Shown: piece after piece, positions 1-9,180 of the stretch
Numbering within the stretch: position 1 is the stretch's first letter
Layout of the letters: each line of letters begins with the position of its first letter
Source of the DNA: a virus
Lineage: Duplodnaviria > Caudoviricetes
IMG/VR virus record: IMGVR_UViG_3300035703_000124
Location: 1 to 54,141 of that record
Direction: 5' to 3' (one strand)
DNA: 54,141 nucleotides
Translations under genes and position numbers: made by a program
The notes under the pieces: generated by a model
Databases searched by the model: none
Seen by the model: the letters and a program-made list of their open reading frames with translations, nothing else
What the model was told of the DNA's origin: nothing

Positions 1-2
1 GT

Positions 3-890
3 TTTGTTGGTGTTACGACTACTGCAACTACAAATGGAACTTTAACAACTCCTGGAAACGGATATAATTATTTTTTTTATACCGCAAATGGAACTTTTAC
101 AGTCGATAAATCTGGTTATGTTGATGTCTGTGTTATTGCTGGAGGTGGAGGTGGTGGATCAGGGGGGACACCTACTAACTATGGTGGAGGTGGAGGAGCA
201 GGTGGAGTTTTAGAAAGATATTTTGTACTTTTTACTCCAGGACCTTATACTATTACAGTGGGTGGAGGTGGTGCTGGGGCTCCAACAACTGGAGCAATAG
301 CTTCTCAGGGAACACCATCTTCAATTATTGGACCTGGAATTTCTCTCACTGCTACTGGTGGTGGGAGAGGTGGTGGTGGTCCTGGTGGAGCATCTGCTGG
401 AAACGGAGGATCTGGTGGAGGTGGAGGACTTCCACTTGGTACTAGAGGTTCGGGAACTGGAAGTAATTTGGATCTTCAAGGAAATGAAGGAGGAAATTCC
501 GCTCCAGCCTCTAGAGCTGGGGGTGGTGGTGGAGCGACTTCTAGAGGTGAATGGGCAAGTGCTAATACTTCCGCAAATGGTGGCATTGCATTAGCAGCAT
601 TTGGTGGAGATCCTGGCGTTCCACCTTCTTATGGAACTACTAATCCGACTCCATTGCCAGGAAGATGGTTTGCTGGAGGTGGTGGCGGTGTTCCTGGTGG
701 ATTTGGCGGTGGTCCTTTAGGTGCTAATCTTGGAGGCGCTGGTAATGGTTCGCTAACTACTGCTTCTGGAGCTAGTGGATCAGCAAATACTGGAGGAGGT
801 GGCGGCGGCGGCGGCGGCGGCGGTGCTCGTTCTGGTGGAACTGGTGGATCAGGTATAGTTATTTTGAGAACTAAAGTAAGATCTAACTAA
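3..890 (+). CDS. Glycine-rich putative virion/fibre-associated protein, 5' truncated by window edge
   Basis: Frame is open from position 3 (FVGVTTTATTNGTLTTPGNGYNYFFY...). It shares TPGNGY, GGGGGAGG, AFGGDPG, PGRWFAGGG and GGSGIVI motifs with five paralogs in the window. Confidence 0.75.
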   Translation, partial: FVGVTTTATTNGTLTTPGNGYNYFFYTANGTFTVDKSGYVDVCVIAGGGGGGSGGTPTNYGGGGGAGGVLERYFVLFTPGPYTITVGGGGAGAPTTGAIASQGTPSSIIGPGISLTATGGGRGGGGPGGASAGNGGSGGGGGLPLGTRGSGTGSNLDLQGNEGGNSAPASRAGGGGGATSRGEWASANTSANGGIALAAFGGDPGVPPSYGTTNPTPLPGRWFAGGGGGVPGGFGGGPLGANLGGAGNGSLTTASGASGSANTGGGGGGGGGGGARSGGTGGSGIVILRTKVRSN

Positions 891-891
891 T

Positions 892-1881
892 ATGGCACCT
901 ATTAAAAATACAAACCAAGGATTTATAGGATCTTTTATCTCCAGAGTTGGAATAAGCACACAAATATTTAATCGTCCAAGTTTAGTTGCAGTTGCTGCAA
1001 CATCATCTACGCCAAATATTTTTACACCAGGAAATGGATATCAATATCATATCTTTACGCAACCTGGAAGATTTTATGTCTTTAATCCTGGATATATTGA
1101 CTTTTGTATTGTAGGTGGTGGCGGCGCTGGAGGTGCTGGATCTGGTACTGGATCTCATGGGGGAGGTGGTGGTGCTGGTGGATTTGTTGAAAAGTATAAC
1201 ATACTATGTCCAACAGGATTTTATGATATTTGTGTAGGTGTTGGGGGAGCTGCCACTAACGCAATTCCAGCTAGTCCTATTTCTCCTCGTAGTGGAACTC
1301 CTTCTTTTGTTAGTGGACCTGTTGGGTTTACATCAATAACAGCAACAGGAGGTGGTGGAGGGGGAACTGCTCCAGCAGGATTTGCAACACCTGGAGGATC
1401 TGGTGGGGGTGGAGCATCACCTGGCGCGTTAGCAGGGGGTACACTTAAAAGTGGATTAGATAGAGAAGGATATGATGGAGGAAGGGGCGGTCCAACCATA
1501 TCAGGATCTGGTGGTTCTGCATCTATTCCAGGTAGAAATGGAAATGCTGATGCAGGAGTTCCTGGAGGTGGTGGATTAGCAGCATTTGGTGGAGATCCAG
1601 GTGTTCCTTCTGCTTTTGGAACTGCTAATCCGAGTCCATTGCCAGGAAGATGGTTTGCTGGAGGTGGTGGCGGTGTTCCTGGTGGATTTGGTGGACTTAC
1701 CCCTCCTGGTGTTAGTGCTGGAGGTGGTGGTGATGGTGGGGGAACAACTACTAGTGGAGGTGATGCTGGACAAAATACTGGTGCAGGTGGAGGTGGTGGT
1801 GGTGGTCCCGGGACTCAGGGTGGAGCAGGAGGTTCTGGTATAGTTCTTATACGGTATAAAAATATAAATCTAACATTTTAA
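892..1881 (+). CDS. Glycine-rich putative virion/fibre-associated protein (paralog 2)
   Basis: 329 aa with TPGNGYQYHIF, PGRWFAGGG and C-terminal GGSGIVLIRY. Confidence 0.75.
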   Translation: MAPIKNTNQGFIGSFISRVGISTQIFNRPSLVAVAATSSTPNIFTPGNGYQYHIFTQPGRFYVFNPGYIDFCIVGGGGAGGAGSGTGSHGGGGGAGGFVEKYNILCPTGFYDICVGVGGAATNAIPASPISPRSGTPSFVSGPVGFTSITATGGGGGGTAPAGFATPGGSGGGGASPGALAGGTLKSGLDREGYDGGRGGPTISGSGGSASIPGRNGNADAGVPGGGGLAAFGGDPGVPSAFGTANPSPLPGRWFAGGGGGVPGGFGGLTPPGVSAGGGGDGGGTTTSGGDAGQNTGAGGGGGGGPGTQGGAGGSGIVLIRYKNINLTF

Positions 1882-1887
1882 AGTAAT

Positions 1888-2832
1888 ATGACTCCTTTTA
1901 AAAATATATCATTTGGTGGATTTAAATCTTCTTCTAATTCTAAAATTATTAAAACAGGTGTTAATTCTCTTTCTGGAATTTCAACATCAACTACGCCAAA
2001 TATTTTTACACCAGGAAACGGATATCAATATCATATCTTTACGCAACCTGGACAGTTTTATGTTTTTAGAAGTATAGCAGTTGATTATTTTGTGGTTGCT
2101 GGAGGAGGAGGAGGAGGAGGTGCCGTTGATGCTGGAACAACAGAAGGTGGCGGCGGAGGTGCCGGTGGTGTTGGTGTTGGCACTAACATAACTTTTGGTG
2201 TCGGAACTTATAATATTTGTGTTGGTGGTGGTGGTGCTGGTGGAACAACTGGGCCACTCATTGCAGCGGGAACAGATGGAACTCCATCATTTATATCTGG
2301 ACCACCAATGTTTACTACAGTAACTGCAATTGGCGGTGGTGGAGGTGGTTCAGCCCCATCAAATGCTGGACGATCGGGAGGATCTGGTGGTGGAGGTTCT
2401 GGTCCTAACGCTGCAGGCGGATCTGGTACTTCTAGACAAGGATTTAGCGGAGCACCAGGATCTCCTGGAACAGCTCCCTCTGTTGGTGCAGGTGGAGGTG
2501 GTGGCGGCGCTGGAGGTGTTGGAACAATTCCTGCCCCTGGTACTTCTGGAGGGACTGGTGGTGCTGGAATTAGTGCTTTTAATGGCGATCCTGGCATTCC
2601 TGTAGATTATGGATCTCCTGGTGGTACTCCTGGTAGATTTTTTGCTGGTGGTGGAGGTGGATCTCCTTTAGGTGGTGCAGGTACACCTGGTGCAGGTAGT
2701 GGAGGTTCTGCTACTGGCAATGGTGGAACAGCAGCTGCTAATTCTGGTGGTGGTGGAGGCGGTGCTGGTGAAGGTGACGTAGGTGGTCCTGGAGGATCGG
2801 GAATTGTCATTATTAGACATATACTTAATTAA
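1888..2832 (+). CDS. Glycine-rich putative virion/fibre-associated protein (paralog 3)
   Basis: 314 aa, same motif set, ends GGSGIVIIRH. Confidence 0.75.
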   Translation: MTPFKNISFGGFKSSSNSKIIKTGVNSLSGISTSTTPNIFTPGNGYQYHIFTQPGQFYVFRSIAVDYFVVAGGGGGGGAVDAGTTEGGGGGAGGVGVGTNITFGVGTYNICVGGGGAGGTTGPLIAAGTDGTPSFISGPPMFTTVTAIGGGGGGSAPSNAGRSGGSGGGGSGPNAAGGSGTSRQGFSGAPGSPGTAPSVGAGGGGGGAGGVGTIPAPGTSGGTGGAGISAFNGDPGIPVDYGSPGGTPGRFFAGGGGGSPLGGAGTPGAGSGGSATGNGGTAAANSGGGGGGAGEGDVGGPGGSGIVIIRHILN

Positions 2833-2833
2833 A

Positions 2834-2862
2834 TAGACAATCTTCAAAGAATCATATATAAT
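2834..2862 (+). promoter_or_regulatory. sigma70-like (early/host-type) promoter
   Basis: TAGACA (2834-2839), 17-nt spacer, TATAAT (2857-2862), upstream of the oxygenase genes. Confidence 0.55.
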
Positions 2863-2892
2863 GGTAATGAATAAATTATAGGAGATTGAGAT

Positions 2893-3513
2893 TTGGCTTT
2901 CCAATCGATTTGGTATTTTTCTGATATTCCAGAAAAAATTATAAAAACAATTGAGGAAGATTTAACAGATAATTTTCAACAACAAATGGGAGACTCCAGA
3001 CTTATGGGGGATGCTCTCAATCGTGATAAAAGAAATTCAAAAAATGCCTGGGTTCCAACAACTCATTGGACGGCAGGATTTGTTTGGCATTATGTTGAAA
3101 GAGCAAATCGTGAAAATTTTCTTTATGATATAAGAAATATTGATGGTGAAAACATGCAATTCACTCAATATAATGAAGGTGAGTTTTATGGATGGCACAA
3201 TGACGCAGGTATTTCGGGACAGTATAAACCAGTATCGGTAGGTAATCATCATGAAGGAAGAGCGCAAGATTATTTGAATGAAAATTTAGAACTTGTAAGA
3301 AAGCTTTCTTTTGTGGTTCAACTTTCAGACCCTGATGATTATGAGGGTGGAAATCTTCAACTTCTTGCGGAAGATGGAAAGTCTTATTTTGCTCCAAGAA
3401 AAAGAGGAACTGTAATTGTTTTTGATTCAAGAACTCAACATCGTGTTCTTAAAGTAACTAAAGGCACACGTAAGAGTCTTGTTGGGTGGGTAGTTGGTTC
3501 GAGGTGGAAATAG
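2893..3513 (+). CDS. 2OG-Fe(II) oxygenase (prolyl-hydroxylase/PKHD-like)
   Basis: TTG start after AGGAG; WHND (HxD), RKLSFVVQLS..DYEGG, distal HRV, GTRKSLVGW (2OG-binding R-x-S). Confidence 0.85.
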   Translation: MAFQSIWYFSDIPEKIIKTIEEDLTDNFQQQMGDSRLMGDALNRDKRNSKNAWVPTTHWTAGFVWHYVERANRENFLYDIRNIDGENMQFTQYNEGEFYGWHNDAGISGQYKPVSVGNHHEGRAQDYLNENLELVRKLSFVVQLSDPDDYEGGNLQLLAEDGKSYFAPRKRGTVIVFDSRTQHRVLKVTKGTRKSLVGWVVGSRWK

Positions 3514-3514
3514 T

Positions 3515-4234
3515 ATGGCGGAACAAATGACAGAAGAGCAATTATTGTTTCAAGAAAGAGTTAACACTGGAACTTCAAAAACAAATAATGATCAATTTGA
3601 AAAAGATGGATACTTGGTTGTAAAAAACCTATGGGATTCAGAAGAACTTTATCGTCCTGTTCCAAAAGAAAGAGGACAAATAAACTATTGGGGAAAAAGA
3701 TTAGATCAATTTACTTATTGTGAATTAGAACAACAAGTTGAAGGATCTCTTGCATGTTATTGGCATCCACAATATCGTTCAATTCATTCTCAAATTCGTT
3801 TAAAGTTGGAAAAAATTCTTGGAAAAAAACTTTATAATACTTATTATTATGATCGGTTTTATTTTCCTGGTCAAGCATTAACATGTCATGCAGATCGTGA
3901 TGCTTGTGAAATTTCTGTAACGACTCATATTAGTACAAATCTAAAGGAACCTTGGCCGATTTGGATTAAGACTCCAGACATTTATGAAGATAAAAATAAA
4001 ACAATTATCACAAAGAAAGGTGAAAATCGTTCTGTAATTTTATCTTCTGGTGATGGAATGATTTATAAGGGTTGTGAAAGACCTCATTGGAGACATCCAA
4101 TGCCTACCGAATATAAGAGAACTTGGTATGGTAGAAGAATAGAAAAGGAAGGTCTTTATTATCATCAAATCTTTTTTCATTATGTTCTTGCTGATGGACA
4201 AAGAGCACACTGTGCAAACGATATGGCAAAATAA
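3515..4234 (+). CDS. 2OG-Fe(II) oxygenase-like protein
   Basis: ATG at 3515 right after the upstream stop; HADRDACEIS (HxD), GDGMIYKGCERPHWR, QIFFHYV. Confidence 0.7.
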   Translation: MAEQMTEEQLLFQERVNTGTSKTNNDQFEKDGYLVVKNLWDSEELYRPVPKERGQINYWGKRLDQFTYCELEQQVEGSLACYWHPQYRSIHSQIRLKLEKILGKKLYNTYYYDRFYFPGQALTCHADRDACEISVTTHISTNLKEPWPIWIKTPDIYEDKNKTIITKKGENRSVILSSGDGMIYKGCERPHWRHPMPTEYKRTWYGRRIEKEGLYYHQIFFHYVLADGQRAHCANDMAK

Positions 4235-4259
4235 TAAATAGTAAAAAATGTGATATAAA

Positions 4260-4469
4260 ATGCCAACTAGTTTATCGTCATTTTTAGGAACTACTTATAA
4301 CGGATTACAAGGTACTCAAGGTCGTCAAGGTACTCAAGGTCTCCAAGGTACTCAAGGTCTCCAAGGTACTCAAGGCACTATTGGATCATTTAGTTCCCAA
4401 GGTGCTCAGGGTCTTCAAGGTCGTTCTGAAATCGGAATTGCTATAATTTCTTGGTTGTCTCCTTCTTAA
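4260..4469 (+). CDS. Mini collagen-like (Gly-X-Gln) protein
   Basis: 69 aa with a (QGT/QGL)n tract, preceded by TAAATA. Confidence 0.7.
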   Translation: MPTSLSSFLGTTYNGLQGTQGRQGTQGLQGTQGLQGTQGTIGSFSSQGAQGLQGRSEIGIAIISWLSPS

Positions 4470-4470
4470 A

Positions 4471-4680
4471 ATGCCCACATCATTAAATACTTTTTTATCA
4501 TCTCAAACTCAGGGACTTCAAGGCACTCAAGGACTTCAAGGTACTCAAGGATTACAAGGCATTCAAGGACTTCAAGGTACTCAAGGTATTCGTGGTGAGT
4601 TAGTAGGACAAGGAACACAAGCAACACTTGCTAAAAATGCTAAAGGTCTTTCAATTCTTGCTTGGTTGACACCTGGATAA
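4471..4680 (+). CDS. Mini collagen-like (Gly-X-Gln) protein, tandem paralog
   Basis: 69 aa; same MPTSL..FL start and WL.P end as 4260..4469. Confidence 0.7.
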   Translation: MPTSLNTFLSSQTQGLQGTQGLQGTQGLQGIQGLQGTQGIRGELVGQGTQATLAKNAKGLSILAWLTPG

Positions 4681-4709
4681 ATATAAATATCTGAAAAAAC
4701 TGAAAGTAA

Positions 4710-5081
4710 ATGGCAGCACCAAATATTGTTAATGTTTCTTCTATCGTAGGTATTACAACTTTTGTTGCTAATATCAGTACAGGTTTTTCGGTAATAATAT
4801 CTAATCCTGCGTCTAGTAATTCAGTATATAAGGTCAATACATTACTTGCTTCTAATACTACTGGATCTTCTGCAAATATTACTGTTGATTACTTTAGTCA
4901 AGCAGCAGGTGCGGGAACATCAGTTTCTATCGGAACAACAATTGCAGTTCCTGCTGGATCTACACTTGCACTGATTGGAAAAGATACACCTCTTTATATT
5001 GAAGAAGATAGATCAATATCGGCACAAGCGGGAACGGCAAATTCAATTGACATTCTGGCATCTTATGAGATTATTAGTTAA
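4710..5081 (+). CDS. Small putative virion protein (beta-rich)
   Basis: 123 aa, MAAPNIVNV... ending ASYEIIS; TAAATA upstream; similar in size and position to 44205 and 46727. Confidence 0.6.
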   Translation: MAAPNIVNVSSIVGITTFVANISTGFSVIISNPASSNSVYKVNTLLASNTTGSSANITVDYFSQAAGAGTSVSIGTTIAVPAGSTLALIGKDTPLYIEEDRSISAQAGTANSIDILASYEIIS

Positions 5082-5086
5082 TAAAA

Positions 5087-6142
5087 ATGTCTAGACTTAT
5101 TGCTGGAAGAATTGGATTTTCCGTAAATGGTGGAGGTTCTGGTGGAATTTTTAATTTTTTAACACAGTATGTTCTTAAAAAACAAGATTTTTGGGAAAAA
5201 ATTAATATAGTAGGAGGAACAGAAAGCACTCCTGGAAATGGATATAAGTATCATTTTTTTACTGGTAGTCAACCACTTGTAGTGTATAATGGTGGATCGG
5301 TAGATTATATTATTGTTGCTGGTGGTGCCGGGGGTGGAGACGGGAATGGTGCTTTTACCGATACTATGGGTGCTGGCGGCGGAGCAGGAGGATATAGAAC
5401 TGGAACTATAAATTTATTTGAAGGACAATATTATGTAATAATAGGATCTGGTGGATTTGGTCCAACTTCAAGTACTGCACCTAGTAATAATATTAATGGA
5501 AATGGATTTCCTTCAATATTGAGATATATTGGGAATATATCTGAACCATCATCTAATGTTTTTATTGACATAGAATCTACTGGTGGGGGTGCAGGTGGAT
5601 ATCATCCTGGCGGGATTAGTGGACGATCTGGAGGTTCTGGTGGAGGAGGTGCTCCCCCAAATGGAACAGGTGGAACAGGAAATACACCCACAACTTCTCC
5701 ATCGCAAGGAAATCCTGGAGGATCTGGCGTTGCATTTGCTGCTGGCGGTGGTGGTGGGTCTGGTGGATCTGGAAGAGGGGGATCAAATCCACCAGCAAAG
5801 GGAGGAAATGGTGGACTTGGTATTGCAGCATTTAATGCTGATTCTGGAATTCCAGCTTCTTATGGTGCTACTGGACCCTCTCCTGGTAGGTGGTTTGCTG
5901 GTGGAGGTGGTGGGGGTGGATCTACTACCGCAGGTTTTGGTGGTGTTGGACCTGGTGCAGGTCCCGGACCATTTGCGGGAGGAGGACCAGGTGGAAGACC
6001 TAGTGTAACTGCAGCCATTAGAAACGGAACAGCAGGAACGGTAAATACTGGTGGTGGTGGAGGAGGAGGTGCTGCTTCACCTACTGGTGGATCTGCTGGA
6101 AACGGAGGATCTGGTATAGTTATTATAAGATATCTTATTTAA
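5087..6142 (+). CDS. Glycine-rich putative virion/fibre-associated protein (paralog 4)
   Basis: 351 aa; TPGNGYKYHFF, PGRWFAGGG, GGSGIVIIRY. Confidence 0.75.
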   Translation: MSRLIAGRIGFSVNGGGSGGIFNFLTQYVLKKQDFWEKINIVGGTESTPGNGYKYHFFTGSQPLVVYNGGSVDYIIVAGGAGGGDGNGAFTDTMGAGGGAGGYRTGTINLFEGQYYVIIGSGGFGPTSSTAPSNNINGNGFPSILRYIGNISEPSSNVFIDIESTGGGAGGYHPGGISGRSGGSGGGGAPPNGTGGTGNTPTTSPSQGNPGGSGVAFAAGGGGGSGGSGRGGSNPPAKGGNGGLGIAAFNADSGIPASYGATGPSPGRWFAGGGGGGGSTTAGFGGVGPGAGPGPFAGGGPGGRPSVTAAIRNGTAGTVNTGGGGGGGAASPTGGSAGNGGSGIVIIRYLI

Positions 6143-6154
6143 ATAAAATGTAAA

Positions 6155-7141
6155 ATGACAAAACATATAGGAAATAGAATTGGATTTGGAGTCAGTACTA
6201 GTTCTGATGGAGGTCTTTTTAACATTACCTCTCAATTTTTCATAAAAAAAGAATCAAGATGGGCATTTACTGCTGGAACATCTACTGGTGGTAGTCAAAC
6301 TCCAACAAATGGATTAGAACCTGGAAATGGATATAGATATCATTTTTTCACAGCAACTGGTCCATTTACTCTTTCTCAGGATACTTATGTTGACTATATG
6401 ATTGTTGGTGGCGGAGGCGCTGGTGGACGTAGTGCTCTTTTTACCGATACTGGTGGTGGTGGAGGTGGTGCTGGAGGATTTAGAACAGGTTCAAATTTAT
6501 TGTTAAAAACTGGTGCATATACTATTACAATTGGGGGTGGTGGTTCTGGACCTGGATTAACATCTGGAAGTTCATCACACATTACTGGATCAGTTGGATT
6601 CACTTCTATTACTTCAACTGGTGGTGGTAGAGGTGGATATTGGGGTCCTCCAAACGTTCCTGGTGTTAATGGTGGTTCTGGTGGTGGGGGAGGAGGTCCA
6701 TCTGGAACGGGTGGAACAGGAAATATACCCACAACTTCTCCATCGCAAGGAAATCCTGGAGGTTTAGGGAATTGGGCTGGCGGTGGCGGCGGAGGTGCAT
6801 TAGAGTCCGGTAGACGAGGTTCAGGACCTCCTGCTTCTATTGGTGGAGGAAGAGGAGGTTCTGGAGCGCAAGCATTTTTTGGAGATCCTGGCGTTCCACC
6901 TTCTTATGGTGCTACTGCACCCTCTCCTGGTAGGTGGTTTGCTGGTGGAGGTGGTGGAGGACCATTTGGCCCTGGTGGATTCGGTGGTGGTGGCAATGGT
7001 GGACCTTCTACACCTGGATCTGGAACTACAAATACTGGTGGTGGAGGAGGTGGAGCAAATAACCCTGCACCAACAGCAACATCTGGTGGATCTGGTGGAT
7101 CTGGTATTGTTATTATTCGTTATTTGATAAATCAATCTTAA
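6155..7141 (+). CDS. Glycine-rich putative virion/fibre-associated protein (paralog 5)
   Basis: 328 aa; EPGNGYRYHFF, PGRWFAGGG, GGSGIVIIRY. Confidence 0.75.
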   Translation: MTKHIGNRIGFGVSTSSDGGLFNITSQFFIKKESRWAFTAGTSTGGSQTPTNGLEPGNGYRYHFFTATGPFTLSQDTYVDYMIVGGGGAGGRSALFTDTGGGGGGAGGFRTGSNLLLKTGAYTITIGGGGSGPGLTSGSSSHITGSVGFTSITSTGGGRGGYWGPPNVPGVNGGSGGGGGGPSGTGGTGNIPTTSPSQGNPGGLGNWAGGGGGGALESGRRGSGPPASIGGGRGGSGAQAFFGDPGVPPSYGATAPSPGRWFAGGGGGGPFGPGGFGGGGNGGPSTPGSGTTNTGGGGGGANNPAPTATSGGSGGSGIVIIRYLINQS

Positions 7142-7179
7142 ATTTATACATAAAGTTAGAGTTAATTCATTTACAAAAT

Positions 7180-7569
7180 ATGGCGCACTTTGCAGAATTA
7201 GATGAAAACAATATTGTTAAAAGAGTAATCGTAATATCTAATCAGGATATTGTTGATATGAACGGTGTTGAAGTTGAAGAAATTGGAATAGGATTTTGTA
7301 AAAAAATGTTTGGTGCAGAAACTAAATGGAAACAAACATCTTATAATGAAAAGTTTAGATGTCGTTATGCTGGATCAGGAATGATTTATAGTCATGAGTA
7401 TGATGTATTTTTATTTCCTCAACCATATCCTTCTTGGATTTTAAATACTATGACTTATGATTGGGATTCTCCAATACCACAACCAGAACTTACAGAAGAC
7501 CAAATTGAACAACAATGTTATTATGATTGGAATGAAGAAGCACAAGAATGGCAACTAAAACAGAAATGA
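7180..7569 (+). CDS. Conserved phage protein (MAHFAELD.. family), possible fibre-associated chaperone
   Basis: MAHFAELDENNIV.RVIV, WKQTSYN..FR..YAG, PQPYPSW; recalled as commonly following Gly-rich genes. Confidence 0.6.
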   Translation: MAHFAELDENNIVKRVIVISNQDIVDMNGVEVEEIGIGFCKKMFGAETKWKQTSYNEKFRCRYAGSGMIYSHEYDVFLFPQPYPSWILNTMTYDWDSPIPQPELTEDQIEQQCYYDWNEEAQEWQLKQK

Positions 7570-8162
7570 AGCAAATGATGGAATCTAAACCTGTGATGGA
7601 ATTATTTCTTAAATACCATGAACAAAATCTTTTATGTTCAATTGACCCAAGTATTTCGGCACCAGGAGGGGCTAATAAATTTTTTAACGATTATGGTTAC
7701 ATGATTCTTCATAATATTTGTCCATCAAATGACGTACAAAAAATTGATTTTGAAGATGAAAAAATTATTTTAGAGATTCAAACAAAAATAAAATCAGTTC
7801 TTGAAGATATTCTTGAGAAGAATCTAACTAATTATGGATTTAATAAAAAAATTTATTCTGTTAATGAAAAAATTTTTAGAAATTTAAATGACAATAAAAA
7901 TATTGTTTCTTTTGTTTTGCAAGTAGATGCAAATTCTTTTATTCCTTGGTCACTTTTTATAAAAGATTCTAATAAAAATGAGTATTTTATAAATCTAAAA
8001 AATGGACATGGAGTTCTTTACAAAGGTTATAATGTAGAAAATTGGAGAAATAAATTAGAGACTAGATATAATACCTTTGGGAAAATTTTGAATAAACTTT
8101 TAGGTAGAAAAGATGACACTTATTATGCTGAAATTGTTTTTCATTATTTTCTAGAAGAATAA
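7566..8162 (+). CDS. Degenerate 2OG-Fe(II) oxygenase-like paralog of 3515..4234
   Basis: ATGA overlap start; shares F..(D/Y)GY, G.G..YKG.....WR and IxFHY motifs but lacks HxD and the distal His. Confidence 0.55.
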   Translation: MKQMMESKPVMELFLKYHEQNLLCSIDPSISAPGGANKFFNDYGYMILHNICPSNDVQKIDFEDEKIILEIQTKIKSVLEDILEKNLTNYGFNKKIYSVNEKIFRNLNDNKNIVSFVLQVDANSFIPWSLFIKDSNKNEYFINLKNGHGVLYKGYNVENWRNKLETRYNTFGKILNKLLGRKDDTYYAEIVFHYFLEE

Positions 8163-8199
8163 ATTTTATTGTGCTATAATAGTAAAAAACTGATAATTT

Positions 8200-9180
8200 A
8201 TGAGCAATTTTGTAAAACTTGCCTTGGAAAATGGAGGATCTATTTATCCTTTAATTATTCCTTCAATAGATTTAAAGGGACCTGCAATTACAAATCCTTC
8301 TATTTACAATGATAATGGAAGAATTTTTGTAAATCTTAGGAATATTAATTATACACTTTATCACTCTGAGAAAAAAATATTTGAGCATCATTGGGGACCA
8401 TTAGTTTATATTCATCCAGAAAATGATTTACGTCTTCGTACTTGGAATGTGTTTGGTGAACTTGATGAAAATATGAGATTAAAATGGCATACTCATATTG
8501 ATACATCTAAACATCCAGACAAAGAACTTTGGGAGTTTGTGGGACTTGAAGATGCTCGTATTTTTAGATGGGAAGGAAAACTTTACACTTGTGGTGTAAG
8601 AAGAGATCTTGATACCATTGGTACTGGTCGAATGGAACTTTGTGAAATTGAAATTATTGATGGGCAAGTCAAGGAATTAAGTCAACACCGTATTCCAACT
8701 CCAGGAGATAATAAATCGTATTGTGAAAAGAATTGGATGCCAATTCTTGATATGCCTTACCATTTTGTGAAATGGACAAATGGTACTGAAGTTGTTAAGT
8801 ATGATATAAACACAGGAAAAACATCCCAAGTTGCATTGAAAGGCTGGAGAGATTTGGGATGTATTGATCTTCGTGGGGGATCACAAGTTCTTCCTTTTGA
8901 ACAATACAGATTAGCATTAAATCATGAAACATTTTTAACTAAAAGCCCTGCGGGAAGAAAAGATGGAACATATAGACATCGTTTTATTGTTTGGGATAAG
9001 GATTGGAATATTGTAAAAGTTTCAAGAAGGTTTTCTTTCTTGGAAGCAGAGATTGAATTTGCTGTAGGTATGTGTGAATATGGTGATGATTATTTGATTA
9101 CCTTTGGTTTTCAGGATAATGCAGCTTACTTATTAAAAGTAAATAAAGATTTTGTAAAGAATTATATTTTTGAAGAATGA
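8200..9180 (+). CDS. Putative beta-propeller glycoside hydrolase/phosphorylase-like protein
   Basis: NPSI, GLEDARIF, EKNWMP, LRGGS, IEFAVG and TFGFQDN motifs; extended -10 TGCTATAAT at 8172-8180. Confidence 0.5.
   Translation: MSNFVKLALENGGSIYPLIIPSIDLKGPAITNPSIYNDNGRIFVNLRNINYTLYHSEKKIFEHHWGPLVYIHPENDLRLRTWNVFGELDENMRLKWHTHIDTSKHPDKELWEFVGLEDARIFRWEGKLYTCGVRRDLDTIGTGRMELCEIEIIDGQVKELSQHRIPTPGDNKSYCEKNWMPILDMPYHFVKWTNGTEVVKYDINTGKTSQVALKGWRDLGCIDLRGGSQVLPFEQYRLALNHETFLTKSPAGRKDGTYRHRFIVWDKDWNIVKVSRRFSFLEAEIEFAVGMCEYGDDYLITFGFQDNAAYLLKVNKDFVKNYIFEE

Noticed and set aside
801-823. (GGC)7 microsatellite as a phase-variation switch
   Set aside because: It is an in-frame poly-Gly tract; slippage would not change the frame.
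328-7135. Pro-rich antisense and Val/Glu-rich off-frame ORFs over the Gly-rich genes
   Set aside because: They are shadows of GGN codon runs.
3-7141. Diversity-generating retroelement behind the shared blocks
   Set aside because: There is no reverse transcriptase in the window, and the differences between blocks are not adenine-specific.
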